From positions 538,774-602,773 of the forward strand of contig NW_003314264.1 of the NCBI RefSeq assembly GCF_000143415.4: a stretch of 64,000 nucleotides of DNA, given 5' to 3'. The notes under the pieces are model-generated. The model was not told the DNA's origin. It was given only the letters and a program-made list of their open reading frames with translations, and did no database searches. The position numbers and the translations under genes were made by a program. Positions 17,536-29,692 of this stretch are shown here, piece by piece. The DNA comes from Selaginella moellendorffii. Taxonomy: Eukaryota > Plantae > Lycopodiophyta. Every line of letters starts with the position of its first letter. Positions within the stretch are counted from its first letter, which is position 1.

Positions 17536-18088
17536 TGCGCCGAGAATTCCTGTCGGTCCGTGCCGCGGTCGCTGTCTCTACACGCTCCCGGACCGTTGGA
17601 CGGACGCTTTGTCCGGCGGGTTGTCTGGGCTTTGCAAGGCTAGCTGGGTCAAGTGGCATTTAATGCGGCCAGGTCCCAGCCAATGAAATCTCTGGAAATA
17701 GAAAAATGCAAGTTTTCCATGTGCGGCAAAAACTTTGGAGGCATATGCCACGCTGCATGGAGGAATATGCTTGTTTTAGCTACGTATGGGACCATGCACC
17801 ATGTGAGAACGCCTGCAGCGCTATTCAAGTACTCGCAATAAGCTTTTCTCTCGTCACTTCGATCCATATCAATGTCTTGCCTCGCAAAGGAGACTTTATT
17901 TCTTTCTATCTTCCCTGCGATGAGAGAAGGACGATCCATAAGTTAACTCTTTGACCAATTATTGGATCTCCAGCTTTAACGGAACGGAAGATCAGCTCAT
18001 CCCTCTCCGACTTTCCAGAGTTTGCAAGCAGCAGCTCTTGGGCGATCGATCGACGGATTGGTTCGAGCGAGTGAATTGACCGACTGAA

Positions 18089-18115
18089 TGATTGATTGAT
18101 TGATTGATTGATTGA
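18089..18115. repeat. (GATT)n microsatellite
   Basis: About six tandem GATT units. Confidence 0.85.
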
Positions 18116-18599
18116 TCCGTGGCGAGCAGCTGGGCTGCAACGAAACAAGAGAGAGAGAGACAATCAAGCGCGAGTTTAGACAATGAAACAGACAAAAAAC
18201 AAAGCAGGCAAAAGGCGGAGAAGAAAAACAAGAAGCATTACTTTACCTCAGGATGATGAGCTTTGGTGAGATCATCCTTTCCGCTGTACGCCTGCTAGAA
18301 AACGATTTAAAAGCCTCACCTCCAAGTTGCAACCAGCCAGATGATCCCCTCGGGAACTCAAAACGAGCAAATGCTTCCGAGGATGCGTCCAAGCGGTCGA
18401 TCAACTGGATTTTCCTTCTCTTTTTCTTCTCTCCTCCATCCAAGCGCGTTTAAGACACGAGCACAGTCACCGGCCTCGCCTTTGTTTTGCTGTCCTCGCA
18501 GTAGTTTAGTCTCCCAGAAGATAGTTTATAAAGATCTCCTCCATGATTGGGAGTGCCCGCTGTTGGAGCTCGGAAGTTATGGCTCTCGGAATTTCCATC

Positions 18600-20040
18600 T
18601 CCGTTGGGAATCGTGCAAGTCTGCGGCCCACGGTGCGAGCACAACGCTGTCTGGATTCCTCTCGTTAAAGCGATAGTAGTCCGATTACTAGCGGCAAGTG
18701 GCAAGGCATGGGCCTCCGAAGAAAAGTACCTTCGCTGTCATATACATGCACAGTGGCAGCCATAAATTCGCCTTCGAAGTTCTCCGAAGACACCTGCAGA
18801 AGGCGACCAGCACTAAGTAGGCTTAGACCAAACTGTTTAAAAAGACTAACCACATTTCATGTTATATTCTTTTCTCGGAGTATCTCTGTCTGTCTCCCTG
18901 CATCGATGTCAGTGCTCCTTTCACTGAGAAAAAAAAAAAGGATGAAAAACCGAAGCAACTGTTGCTAACGTATCAGTCCTGCAAGCAGTGCCATGCAAAT
19001 GAATGCCAGATATTAGGAGCTAATAATCACCTGATTCCATACACTGCAGCGTCCCAGCTTGCTCAAACACATGGCGAGCTCCGGAATTTCCACTGGACCC
19101 ATGGATGCTCCTCCAGAAAATCTGATCCTATCACCTCTGGAAGATTTCGATCGAAAAGTATTCCCTTTCTCTGGTCTGCACACAACAAAGAACACTCAAA
19201 CGTCAGACAACACAACCCCGTTTTCCGGGAGCGGATTTCTAGAGCCGTACGAGGTACTTTGGGAAGAAGTGAGAAAACGAGATGACCCGGCCAGTAGTAG
19301 TGTGCCAAATCTCCGTTAAGAGAGCTAAGGTCGTCAAAATATCCGGAGTTCTGAGCTCGTCCGGCATGACAATCAATACAAGTCTGCACCACACATGCAA
19401 ACAATGTTGTCAGGAAACGTGTCCAAACGAAGAACCGCATAGATAGAATAGAAAACCAAAAACAAAAACAAAGAAGATAGAAAAGAAGCGGGGGAAAAAA
19501 AAAAAAGGAAAGAGGATAACGTGCCTTCTCGAGAGGTGGAATGTTGTGAGCCGATTTCTTTGTCAAAAGTCTGCAGTAGGAAGAATTGTCGAGTGTCAAT
19601 CCAAAGCACGTCTGCGCAAATACAAAAAAGATTGCCTAGTGGTATCCAGGAAAGTTGAGGAACGATCCAAATATCACAAGCTTTCCATGGCTTGGTGTCG
19701 ACGCAAAGTTACTCACAGAGCTCGCTCACCTTTGCCAGCAAGGTTTGTTTCTCTTTGTGGTGTTTCTTTTCATCCCAACATCATGATCACACAGGAGGAA
19801 AAGTCCAGCTACAAAGCCAAAGAATTAATCTCCATTCCTCTCACAGAGAAAGATGCACTTACGTGTTTGTGCTTCTTGCGTAAGTCCTCATTCCCAGCAA
19901 CCAGGAAGACCCGAAAAAAATCAGCCTGTCCGAGACATCAATCAAAGTATCTCGTTGCTAGAACTTCATCGATACTACATAAACCCTCCCGCCGCTCACC
20001 TGGTAAGAAGGAATGCGGCGGCGCCTCTTCTTGCTGACAT
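18600..20040 (-). pseudogene. Degraded copy of the calcineurin-like metallophosphoesterase gene at 25260-26934
   Basis: Colinear homology (IGSDFLE, WDAAVYGIR, last exon VVLAPW, and the promoter AAACCCTACATTCTTT), but the DLH/GD/GNHD region is deleted or altered and there are several frameshifts. Confidence 0.85.
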
Positions 20041-20969
20041 TGCGAGGTCAATTTCTATTTTCTTCCACTGATCGAAAACCATACCTTCTTCGGCGCCTAG
20101 ATTGGCTTCCCGATCCCGGCGCGCTGGCACTAAAGAAAAAACCCTACATTCTTTAGCTTTAAACATTGGTGACAATTGGGTTTCTCTCTGATAATTTCTT
20201 GTGCACCCCATATTCATGTATTATTAGATATTGGGTTAGCTGCCACACCGAGAAAAGTAATAAAAGTAGAAATGCAACATATCTAGCCATTGTTGCGGTT
20301 CGTGTTGAGCTTTAAAACATCTTGATTAACTTCAATTTCAGAGATCTCACTCAACTTCTTTATAGACCAGTTAAGAGCAAAAAAACATGTAATGTTTTGG
20401 TACCTGGTCGCACGCTTTTTTAAGGCAGAATCCTCCAAGTTTGAGATTATCTCTATAAAAACTGGACATAATCAGTGTAGCTTTTACTCATTTCAATCAA
20501 ATTATCAGACTTTTGTGGGAGCAGTTCCTTCAGGTAGTTGCATAGGAGAGACATGGAAGTTCGCATTCTAGTAAAATTACAAAACTTAATCGAATTAAAG
20601 AAAGTTTATGGGGCAGAAAGTGTTAGATACATCCCACTTTTGTTAATGTTAATTTTTTTACGTGCACTGATTGAGCAAGTTTGCACTCAACTCCTCCAAA
20701 ATTTGGAGATGACCGGACTGAATGAATGCCAAATCAAGCTTAGCTTGGTAATTTAGTGATGCCATAGTCTTTACCATATTCTTGTGGTGATGAAAACTGT
20801 GTGAAAACCATGACGATTGAGTTTATAACTTCCATTAATCCATACATCTTGCCAGTAATGTTCATGGTCACAACAAGAATACTCTCACCACCTTTTACAC
20901 ATCTTAATAGCCTTGGAAGCTGAGGATATTGTTACTTACACATGCTTGAGGTACTGAAAGCCATTCTGG

Positions 20970-20971
<2 letters not shown>

Positions 20972-21000
<29 letters not shown>
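20972..21000. repeat. (CT)n microsatellite
   Basis: About 14 CT units. Confidence 0.9.
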
Positions 21001-21003
<3 letters not shown>

Positions 21004-21394
21004 TTCCATGCTAACTTTTCCAGCAAGACTTAATTTTAAATAATATAAATGAATATAAATCAGATAAGAGATAACATGGTAAGAAAATAATAAATAAATC
21101 CATATAAAATTGCATTCTAATGCAAACTTTCATAAAAATGTATAAGCTACTAAATATTACAGTACTATTACCATAGTTCAGCATAAATGTTAATGTCAAA
21201 ATCTAAGTCCAGATTGTAACAATTAAAGAAAATTTTAAAAATCAAATAAAGCCCTTGAAGTAAGAAACAAAGTACTAACTTTCTTTCAATATTTTTTTTA
21301 TAAAAGATTAAGACATTTAAGGTGGTTAACAAATATATAACTATTTGACTTTTGTTGAAATTCCACCATTTACTCCTCTGGTCATAGCTTCTTT

Positions 21395-21970
21395 TCAAAC
21401 ACGAGCTCCGAGTAGGCGATATTCAGCCGCTGATCGCCGCCGCTGGTGCAAACGAGCAGCTCCGGCGTGCCAACATTCCAGCATCAATCTCCTTGCCAGG
21501 TTGATCTGATCGATCTCCTCCACAGCCATTGTTCCTTGCTCCACCTCGCGCGCCAGCGCCTGGCACGCCTGGACCAGATCGCTGTGACCACCGTAACCAA
21601 TCGCCATGACGAATTTCATCCCCGTGTTGCCGCTGGTCGCTTCCGAGATCTTAGCCTGGAGCGGGCGCGGGAGCCTGGCACTGTCGCCAATGCAGTGGAA
21701 TTGGATATCATTCCTGGCCAAAAATTCCACCTGAGTCAACCCAATCCATTCACAGCAAAACCATATCGAGAAATTCCACTCACAGCAGAATGGTGGCAGG
21801 ATCATCGACGCTGCGCTTTGATCCCTAAGTCACTGGATATCCTCACGATCTCCCGGGCATTGGAGTAGCACGCCTCCGTCGCGGTTGGCATCCTTGGCGA
21901 TCCCTCGCACCTTGTCATCGCAACGTGGTTCGGGAGCCGCAAAGGATCCCACCCCCGCGGGCAAATGCGT
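21395..21970 (-). pseudogene. cis-prenyltransferase (UPPS/dehydrodolichyl diphosphate synthase family) fragment
   Basis: LPNHVAM remnant at ~21920-21940; IQFHCIGDSARLPRPLQAKI..ATSGNTGMKFVMAIGYGGHSDLVQACQ; N-terminal catalytic DGN motif and C-terminus are disrupted; GC-rich patch in AT-rich flanks. Confidence 0.75.
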
Positions 21971-22277
21971 CGTCTTCGTAAATTAACTTTTAAGTTTTCT
22001 TCTAAAGAAGTAGTTTATTCTTTTAAAAGACGCCGGGCAGCAGACTTGTAAGTTCATCTCTCGAATGCGAGGCACCGTGCAAAACACGTAATAAACGATT
22101 GTGAGCAGAAACAAAACTAAAATGAACCTTTCTCAATGCAGTCACCTCCGCAGGATAGGTATCACACAAAAAAGCTGTCCGATATGAGTTTCCATTATAG
22201 TTTAGTTCACATGAAAGTTTCAAATACGGACATATCCTCATGCGTCATCGTCCAAATCCTAACTCAAAGAACGATTT

Positions 22278-22359
22278 CGTGGACGGCAGGATTCGAACCT
22301 GCGCGGGCAAAACCCACATGATTTCTAGTCATGCCCGATAACCACTCCGGCACGTCCAC
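22278..22359 (-). tRNA. tRNA-Ser(AGA)
   Basis: GTGGACGTGCCGGAGTGGTTATCGGGCATGACTAGAAATCATGTGGGTTTTGCCCGCGCAGGTTCGAATCCTGCCGTCCACG: paired acceptor stem, long variable arm, AGA anticodon. Confidence 0.97.
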
Positions 22360-22504
22360 ATTATCAATTAATTAATCTTGTTAAGATGGATTGTTTCTAA
22401 ACGAGGCCTTGAGCTTCAGCGCATAGCATAGCATTTATCGCCGTAAACACATCAAGCTTGAACCAAACAGTTTAAACCAACCACAATTTTATGTTGTATT
22501 CTTT

Positions 22505-23000
22505 TCTCTCGTATCTGTCTCCCTGCATCGTGCAACCAAGAGCGAGCAAATACTTAGCCTAACTTTATAAGTTCTAACATGAAAACCATTACCAAGAAAC
22601 TTTGATTTTCCCACGGCTTCATCACAGGCCTCAGAGACGGTCGATACATCACTGCTCCACTATAACTATCCATGCGCTGGGCAGCCAACGGACTCCATCT
22701 ATTTAACTGGATCTGGATATCTCTCTGGAAAGCAGACAAGGTTGCCATCTTCAGTGGTCACCTGATTCCATCCACTGTAGCATCCCATCTGAAATGCGTA
22801 TGCCCAAACACATGAAAAGCTCCGGAATTTCTATTGGATCCATGAATGCTTAGTCTGCGCTCCAGGAAATCTGATCCTATCACCTTTGGAAGATTTGGAT
22901 AAAAAGACATTCTTTTCTTTGGAAAAGCTCTGGTCTGTTCACAACAAACAACTCTTCATCTCCAACTAAAGACATAGCCTCACCTCCAAGTTGCGGCGGG
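22505..23000 (-). pseudogene. Chimeric fragment: phosphoesterase exon (~22759-22950) abutting an F-box 3' end (~22590-22750)
   Basis: YPNLPKVIGSDFLERRL..HVFGHTHFRWD matches 25695-25880; LAAQRMDSYSGAVMYRPSLRPVMKPWENQ matches the F-box C-terminus at 23133-23240. Confidence 0.8.
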
Positions 23001-23132
23001 AGCAATAGCTTTTTACAATGTTAAAATTGAAATGAATGGTTCTAGTTGGGCTTTAAAACATGTAATAATAAACTAAAAAGTGATGTGGCATGGTTGTTCG
23101 AAAGTGCTTGACAAGTGTAGAGGATTGTAGAA

Positions 23133-24290
23133 TTACCCAGATACTTGATTTTGCCACGGCTTCCTCACAGGCCTCAGAGATGGTTGATACACCACTGCTT
23201 CACTATAATGATCCATGCGCTGGGCAGCCAACCGACTCCAACTACTTGTGTGCAAGTCATATACAACCACAACTGACAACATTGCCGGACATCTCTCTGA
23301 GAAGCATACAAGGTTGGCATCTGCAGCGGTGACCACTTCTAGCAATTGTACAATTGGCTTGAGCCGAGGATATTGACTACAAATGGCCACAGTCACTGCA
23401 GAAACAGTAACCAAGCTGCCATCCTCGTCAACTCTCCAGATACCAAATCCATCCACTCCACAACACACGTCCTCGACACTTCCTGCATACACCCACCCGC
23501 TTGCAAAGTATCGCTGCCCATCCCACTCCCACAGCCTCGATGTGCACACGCCTGGCCGCGGCAAAACGCAGCGTGTATGCTTGACACCTTCGAGGCCTGT
23601 TGTGAACCTGAGATTGCGCACCACACTCCCGATGCTCCACTCGCAGCGACGAATGTCATACATGCCCAAGGTGGTGAGGTCATAGTATAAGGCGTCCATG
23701 TCTGGGAATGTTAGCGCTCTGGTCTTGAGCCACTGAGCCCTCGCTTGTACGTGCGCTTGTGTCAAGCACAGCATGCCCAGTGCTGACCATGCGCCGGTGG
23801 CCGAGTCGTAGACGTAGCACGAGTGGCCTGTAGTGGCTTCCGAGTGCTGGATACCCACCTTGAAGTAACCGGCATCGCCATCAACCAGCATCGCGAAGTC
23901 AATAATACCTGTCTCTTCTTTGTCCTCCCACTGCAGCGCGGGTACTTCCGTCCACTCTTGGGTGAGTGGATTGCCGACCACCAAGTGGAGAACATCAGAA
24001 TCTCTACCTCGGATGCATACAAGGCCGCCGGCGGAAGCCACAACGTCACCATGGCGTAGTCGAAGCTCCCGCCTGTGGCCAGACGACAAAGGAGTTCCGA
24101 AGGTGTAGCATCCCTCGCTGTGCATGGAGCTTGTCATGATCAGGGGGGCCTCTTTGACACCAGCGTTGCGGCACCATAGTTGGCGAAAAGCTGGCGAGCT
24201 GATGATGTTATTCCATGACTTACAAACGGCAGAGCAATTCGATAGTGTGGCCAGGTCCACAAAGCTGAGGATCCTATCAATCTCCTTCAT
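23133..24290 (-). CDS. F-box protein (intronless, beta-propeller-type C-terminus)
   Basis: N-terminal IDRILSFVDLATLSNCSAVCKSWNNII; VVASAGGLVC, VGNPLTQEWTEVP, VYDSATGAW. Confidence 0.88.
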   Translation of the reverse strand: MKEIDRILSFVDLATLSNCSAVCKSWNNIISSPAFRQLWCRNAGVKEAPLIMTSSMHSEGCYTFGTPLSSGHRRELRLRHGDVVASAGGLVCIRGRDSDVLHLVVGNPLTQEWTEVPALQWEDKEETGIIDFAMLVDGDAGYFKVGIQHSEATTGHSCYVYDSATGAWSALGMLCLTQAHVQARAQWLKTRALTFPDMDALYYDLTTLGMYDIRRCEWSIGSVVRNLRFTTGLEGVKHTRCVLPRPGVCTSRLWEWDGQRYFASGWVYAGSVEDVCCGVDGFGIWRVDEDGSLVTVSAVTVAICSQYPRLKPIVQLLEVVTAADANLVCFSERCPAMLSVVVVYDLHTSSWSRLAAQRMDHYSEAVVYQPSLRPVRKPWQNQVSG

Positions 24291-24737
24291 GATCCCTTTA
24301 ATGAAAACCTATCAAGGCTCAAGCTTATAAAGGCGACAGGATGAAATAGTCTTGTTCCTGGATGGTCTCGTCGAACGATTTCCTCCAGCCCACTAATTCC
24401 GTGTTTCCGTCTCTTGCATTACATTTGCATAGGACAGACATCTGATTATTTTCTTGATAATTGAAACCAGCTTCGCTACCTTTCATTGCTTCAACATGGA
24501 AGAAAGGCCACGAACAGTTTTTAATTTGTTTGGTTCATCTTCTAATAGCGTGAAATGGAACTGCAGGTTCGAGCCCCTTCAACTTCTTAAAATACAGATA
24601 TCAGCTTCGCATGAAGTTGTTGCTCAGAAGAACTTTCCAGCTGCAACTCAAAATCTGACAAAGGCATAAGTGAGGTAAACAAACAATGAAGATGATTGCA
24701 AATTCTTCATAGATAAACAAGGCACCAAATTTTCATC

Positions 24738-25185
24738 GTGGGCCTCAGAGACGGTCGATACACCACTGCTCCACCAAAACTATCCATGCGCTCGGCAGCC
24801 AACCGACTCTAACTACTTGTGTTCAAGTCATATAAAACCAAAACACCTCTCGCATTCCAATATTTTGGTTACGGCCCCGCAGAAACAGTAACCAGGCTGC
24901 CACCCTCGTCAAGTCTCCAGACGCCGAATCCATCCACTCTCCAATTTCCAGCATAAACCCAGGCGCTTGCAAAGTATCGCATTGCTGGCCTTTGTGCTCC
25001 CACAGCCTCGACGTGGAAACGCCTACCACCTTGGGTTGACATTGCAAGCTGCGAGAGGAGCACCATCAGGAGTATGGTTGGCGAGGTCGTAGTACAAAGG
25101 GGTCCACGTCTGGGAATGTTGGTGCTGTGGTGTTGAGCGTCTGGGCCTTTGCTTGTACGTGCGCTTGAGTGAAGCCCAGTGCTCA
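24738..25185 (-). pseudogene. Truncated, frameshifted copy of the 3' half of the F-box gene
   Basis: STSRLWEH, YFASAWVY, DGFGVWRLDEGGSLVTVSA and AAERMDS match 23150-23790 with indels. Confidence 0.85.
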
Positions 25186-25259
25186 TGAACCCTCTGTATT
25201 TAAGGCCAAGGAGAGAAGGAAGCGTATCTCACCTCGTTCTAGCTTGGCTCTCGGAGTTC

Positions 25260-26934
25260 TCAGCTCCTTTGTAAGCAGTATAAGTCTGCTACCCACGGTG
25301 CGAGCACAACGTTGTCTGGATCCCTCTTGTTCAAGCGATAGTAGTCCGACCAGTAGCAAGGCATGGGTCTCGGAAGAAGAGTACCTTCGCTGTCACATAT
25401 GCACAGTGGCAGCCAGCATTCACCACCATAAACTCGCCTTCGACGTTCCCTGGGATAAGCCAATGGTGCCTGTAGATACCTGTAGAGGACGATCAAACAA
25501 TTTTATGTCATCTCTCCTTTTCTTATAATCTTTTCTCTAGTATCTGTCTCCCTGCATCGTGCAAGCATGCAGTGTTAGTGTAAGAAAATTTCTTCCAGGA
25601 GGAAAAAGAGAAGGGGGGAAAGAAAAACGACACGCTTAACGTATCAGTGCAATGCAAGCAATGCCATGCAAAATGAAGGCCAAAATTTATCACCTGATTC
25701 CATGCACGGTAGCGTCCCAGCTGAAATGCGTGTGCCCAAACACATGGAGAGCTCCGGAATTTCCACTGGAACCATGGATGCTCCTCAGTCTGCGTTCCAG
25801 GAAATCTGATCCTATCACCTTTGGAAGATTTGGATAGAAAAGCATTCTTTTCTCTGGGCAAAGCTCTGGTCTGTTTCACAACAAACAACACTAAGAACGT
25901 CACACAACACAACCCCATTTTCTCGCACCTGGGAAGGAAGTGAGAAAAGGTGATGACTCGCTCAGTGCTGTGCCGAATCTCCGTAAGACACTGCTGGTTG
26001 CAAGAGTTAAGATCATCGAAGTATGCAGCAAGTGCTATATCAGGAGTCTTGAGCTCGTCCGGCCACTTACAGGCATGATAATCAGTGCAGCGCTGCACCG
26101 CATATGCAAACAGTGTTGTCAGAAAACATGTTCAAAGTGAAGAAGCAGAGAAGCAAAGAAAATCTTGAAACCAATGAAAGAGAAGATAACATGCCTTTTC
26201 GGGAGGTGGAATGTTGTAGCCGACTATGTCCCGTTCCTTATCAAATGTCTGCAGGGGGAAGAATTCTCGAATGTCAATCCAAAACACGTCTGCTAAACTA
26301 CGAAGGAGATTGCCTGGTGATACCAGGAAAGTAGAGGAACGATCCAAACTCCGCAAACTTTCCCTGGCTTGGTGTCGATGCAAAGAGACTCGCATATCGC
26401 ATTGAGCTCCCTCAACTTTCCCAGCGAGTCCAGCTGCAAAGCCAGAAAAGAATTAGTTTCTTTCTCCCACGAAAAAAAAGGAGGACGAAGTGTAATTACG
26501 TGCTTGTTCTCCTTGCCTCTACACCACAAATCGTGGTTCCCAGGAACAAAGAAGACGCGATGAAACCTTTCCTTCAACAGCCTCATAGTGTCTTTGAAAG
26601 TCTCCAAGTTGTCTGAGACGTCGCCCGCCACGATCAAAGTATCTCGTTGATGCAACTTGGTCGACAGCTGCACGATCCACTGCAAATTCTCTCGATAATC
26701 GGTGTGCAAATCGGACACAGCATAAACGCTCGCATGAGAAGAAATGCGGCGCCTCTTGCTGCCGATGCTGCCATAACCGATGCCTTCCCAGCTAGAAATT
26801 TCCAAAATCCAATCACTAGAAAATCTCCCCTCCGCCCACACATACCTCGATCGGCGCCAGAGCAATCGTTGATTGCTCGAGGAAGGAGACGCCGGCGCCT
26901 CGATCGCGGAGATCCCACAGCGCGGCGCAACCAT
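25260..26934 (-). CDS. Calcineurin-like metallophosphoesterase (multi-exon, apparently intact)
   Basis: VSDLHTDY, IVAGDVS, VPGNHDLW, PLLSWYH, TFSHFLPR, HVFGHTH, RYLQAPLAYPRER; stop at 25260. Confidence 0.9.
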
Positions 26935-27184
26935 GGCCGCTGCGCAAAGAGAAGAATAAAGAAACCCTACATTCTTTGAGAGTTTAAGCGCGGTAAATTT
27001 CGCTGGTGTAAAAATGATTAAGTTAGTAGGGATTAATTAGCACACTAATTTGTTATTAGTGGTCCATGCATTATGAATTGGAATTTATAATGTAGCTTTG
27101 TATGCTCCGCTGGGGGACTCTTGGAGCAAGGACGTGGAGGGAGGAGCGGTTTAGGGTTTTGGGTTTGCGAGGTCGGATCTAGCC

Positions 27185-29491
27185 ATGGAATGTGGATCGT
27201 CGCTCGCGGGATCGCTCTCGGCTGCGCTGTGCCTGCCACACAGATTCCGCGCCCGGGGAGGATGCGCCAGGAATGTGTCCGTGAGAGCGGCAAATTCCGG
27301 CTCTCGGGGGGGCGTGACTTGCAGCTATGACCAGGAGAAGATTTTGGTGGCCAACAGGGGCGAGATCGCGGTGCGTGTGATCCGGACGGCGCACGAGATG
27401 GGAATTCCCTGCGTTGCCGTCCACTCCACCGTCGACAGGGACTCGCTGCATGTCGAGCTCGCGGACGAGGCCGTGTGTATCGGCGAGCCAGCCAGTGCCA
27501 AATCGTAAGTCACATTTTCCTTTCTCCGCGAAGCTTTCCTTCCCAAAATCTCTTTTTTCCTTCTTTCTTTCAACTTTTCCTCCAAAGTCCACAGCTAACT
27601 TTTGACATGCAGCTACCTGAACATTCCAAATCTGCTGTCCGCCGCCATGACCCGCAATTGTACCATGCTCCATCCCGGATACGGGTTCTTGTCCGAGAAT
27701 GCGAAGTTCGTGGATATGTGCAAAGATCACGGCTTGAACTTCATCGGCCCAAACGTAAGCATTTGCTTTAGCGATGGATGAAAGGTCGCAAGTTGATTTT
27801 CATCCCTTTCTTTCTTGTGCTTTGCAGTCTGATAGCATTCGAACCATGGGAGACAAGGCTACTGCTCGAGACACGATGAAAAAGGCCGGGGTTCCCACTG
27901 TTCCTGGAAGTGATGGCCTGGTCGAGGTAAATTTTTTGTTTCTATGTTTGGTTTCTTTCTCAGCTTTGTCGCTGTTGTTTTCCAGACTACCGAAGAAGCC
28001 ATTCGTCTCGCTCACGAGATTGGTTTCCCAGTCATGATCAAGGTTGAATGTCTTGTCCTTTTGTTTTTTCATTTTTCTGATCTCTTGGAGTTATCATAGG
28101 CTACGGCTGGCGGTGGTGGTCGTGGTATGCGACTAGCAAATGAACCCGAAGAGTTTGTCAAGCTTTTGCAGGTTCGTGGAAATCAATCTAGTGTTAGATC
28201 TAATTTTTTATTTTCTTTCATTTTCTTAGCAAGCTCGCAGCGAAGCGGGAGCTGCATTTGGCAACGATGGAGTGTACCTGGAGAGGTACATCAAGAATCC
28301 CCGGCACATCGAATTCCAGGTCCTCGCGGACAAGCATGGAAATTGTATACACCTTGGGGAAAGGGATTGCAGCATTCAGGTAGAATTACTCTTTTTTTTT
28401 TCTTTTGTTTCCAGTTTTGAGGATTGTTATTACAGAGGAGAAACCAAAAGCTTTTGGAGGAGGCACCATCGCCGGCTCTAACACCAGAGCTGCGCAAAGC
28501 CATGGGAGATGCGGCGGTGGCTGCTGCTGCATCCATTGGTTACGTTGGGGTTGGAACCATTGAGTTTTTGCTGGACGAGAGTGGAGCCTTCTACTTCATG
28601 GAGATGAACACACGTATCCAGGTGAGGCAACTCTCTAGCTCTTCACCTTTCTAATGTCTTTTGCTTCTTCACAGGTCGAACACCCTGTCACGGAGCTCAT
28701 CTCCTCTACTGATCTCATAGAGGAGCAAATTCGAGTTGCTTTGGGAGAAAAACTTCGATACAAACAGGTGACGCGTTCTTACGTTCATCCATGAAATTCT
28801 CATTTCATAAATGTTTATTCTTGATGTTTAGGAAGATATTGTCTTGAAGGGCCACTCCATCGAATGCCGAATCAATGCAGAGGATGCCTTTCAAAACTTC
28901 CGGCCTGGACCAGGTAAGACATTGAAACTTCATAACGCTTGTCCTAAGACTAACCATCCATCCACAGGCCGTATAACAGGCTACGTTCCTCCAGGAGGCC
29001 CCTTCGTGAGAATGGATAGCCACCTCTATCCAGACTATGTTGTTCCTCCCACCTATGATTCTCTCCTCGGAAAGGTTTGCTATGCTTTCTCCTAAGCCTC
29101 GGTTAAAACTTTTCTTTATAGCTGATCGTCTGGGCACCAACACGGGAGAGAGCTATTGCTCGCATGCAGCGAGCGTTGCAAGACACCATAATCACAGGTA
29201 CTTTTATCCCTTCTCAAATCGATTTGTTTCTATTAAGAGTGTGGCTTTGCTCAGGGGTCCCGACTACAATTGACTATCACAAGCTTATCCTGGAGATTCA
29301 GGTGACTATCTTCTTTCTTGCCTTCCCTTTTCTCATGATCTCTTTCACTCTGGTTACATAGGACTTTAAGGACGGAAAGGTTGACACAGCTTTCATTCCC
29401 AAGCACGAGGAGGATCTCGTTGCTGTACGTATGCAATAATCGTCACTGTGATTACTAAACTACATTGTTTTGGTGTTTTTCGCAGCCATGA
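27185..29491 (+). CDS. CAC2: Plastid acetyl-CoA carboxylase biotin carboxylase subunit
   Basis: Transit peptide; [74 protein letters not shown]; final coding exon is only CCA TGA (29486-29491). Confidence 0.96.
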
Positions 29492-29692
29492 TCCTCTTCA
29501 ATGTTTTGTAGTCGCAGTTTCTCGAAAATTATTGACACTTAAATATTCATAAATCATTTGTTTCTGCGATAGTAAACTTCAAAATTTCCATGAGTTAACT
29601 CAAAAAGAGTTTGTCCCAAGCTTTAGCATCTCGTCCGCAAGTACTCTAGCTCTAAGTTGGAAAAAGAAATTATGTACACTATCCCCAGTCTC

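Noticed and set aside
17718-17762. miRNA-like hairpin CCATGTGCGGC..GCCACGCTGCATGG
   Set aside because: Stem too short and imperfect; no recognisable mature miRNA.
20380-21390. Possible decayed gene or TE fragment in an AT-rich stretch
   Set aside because: Some intron-like signals, but no recognisable domain or termini.
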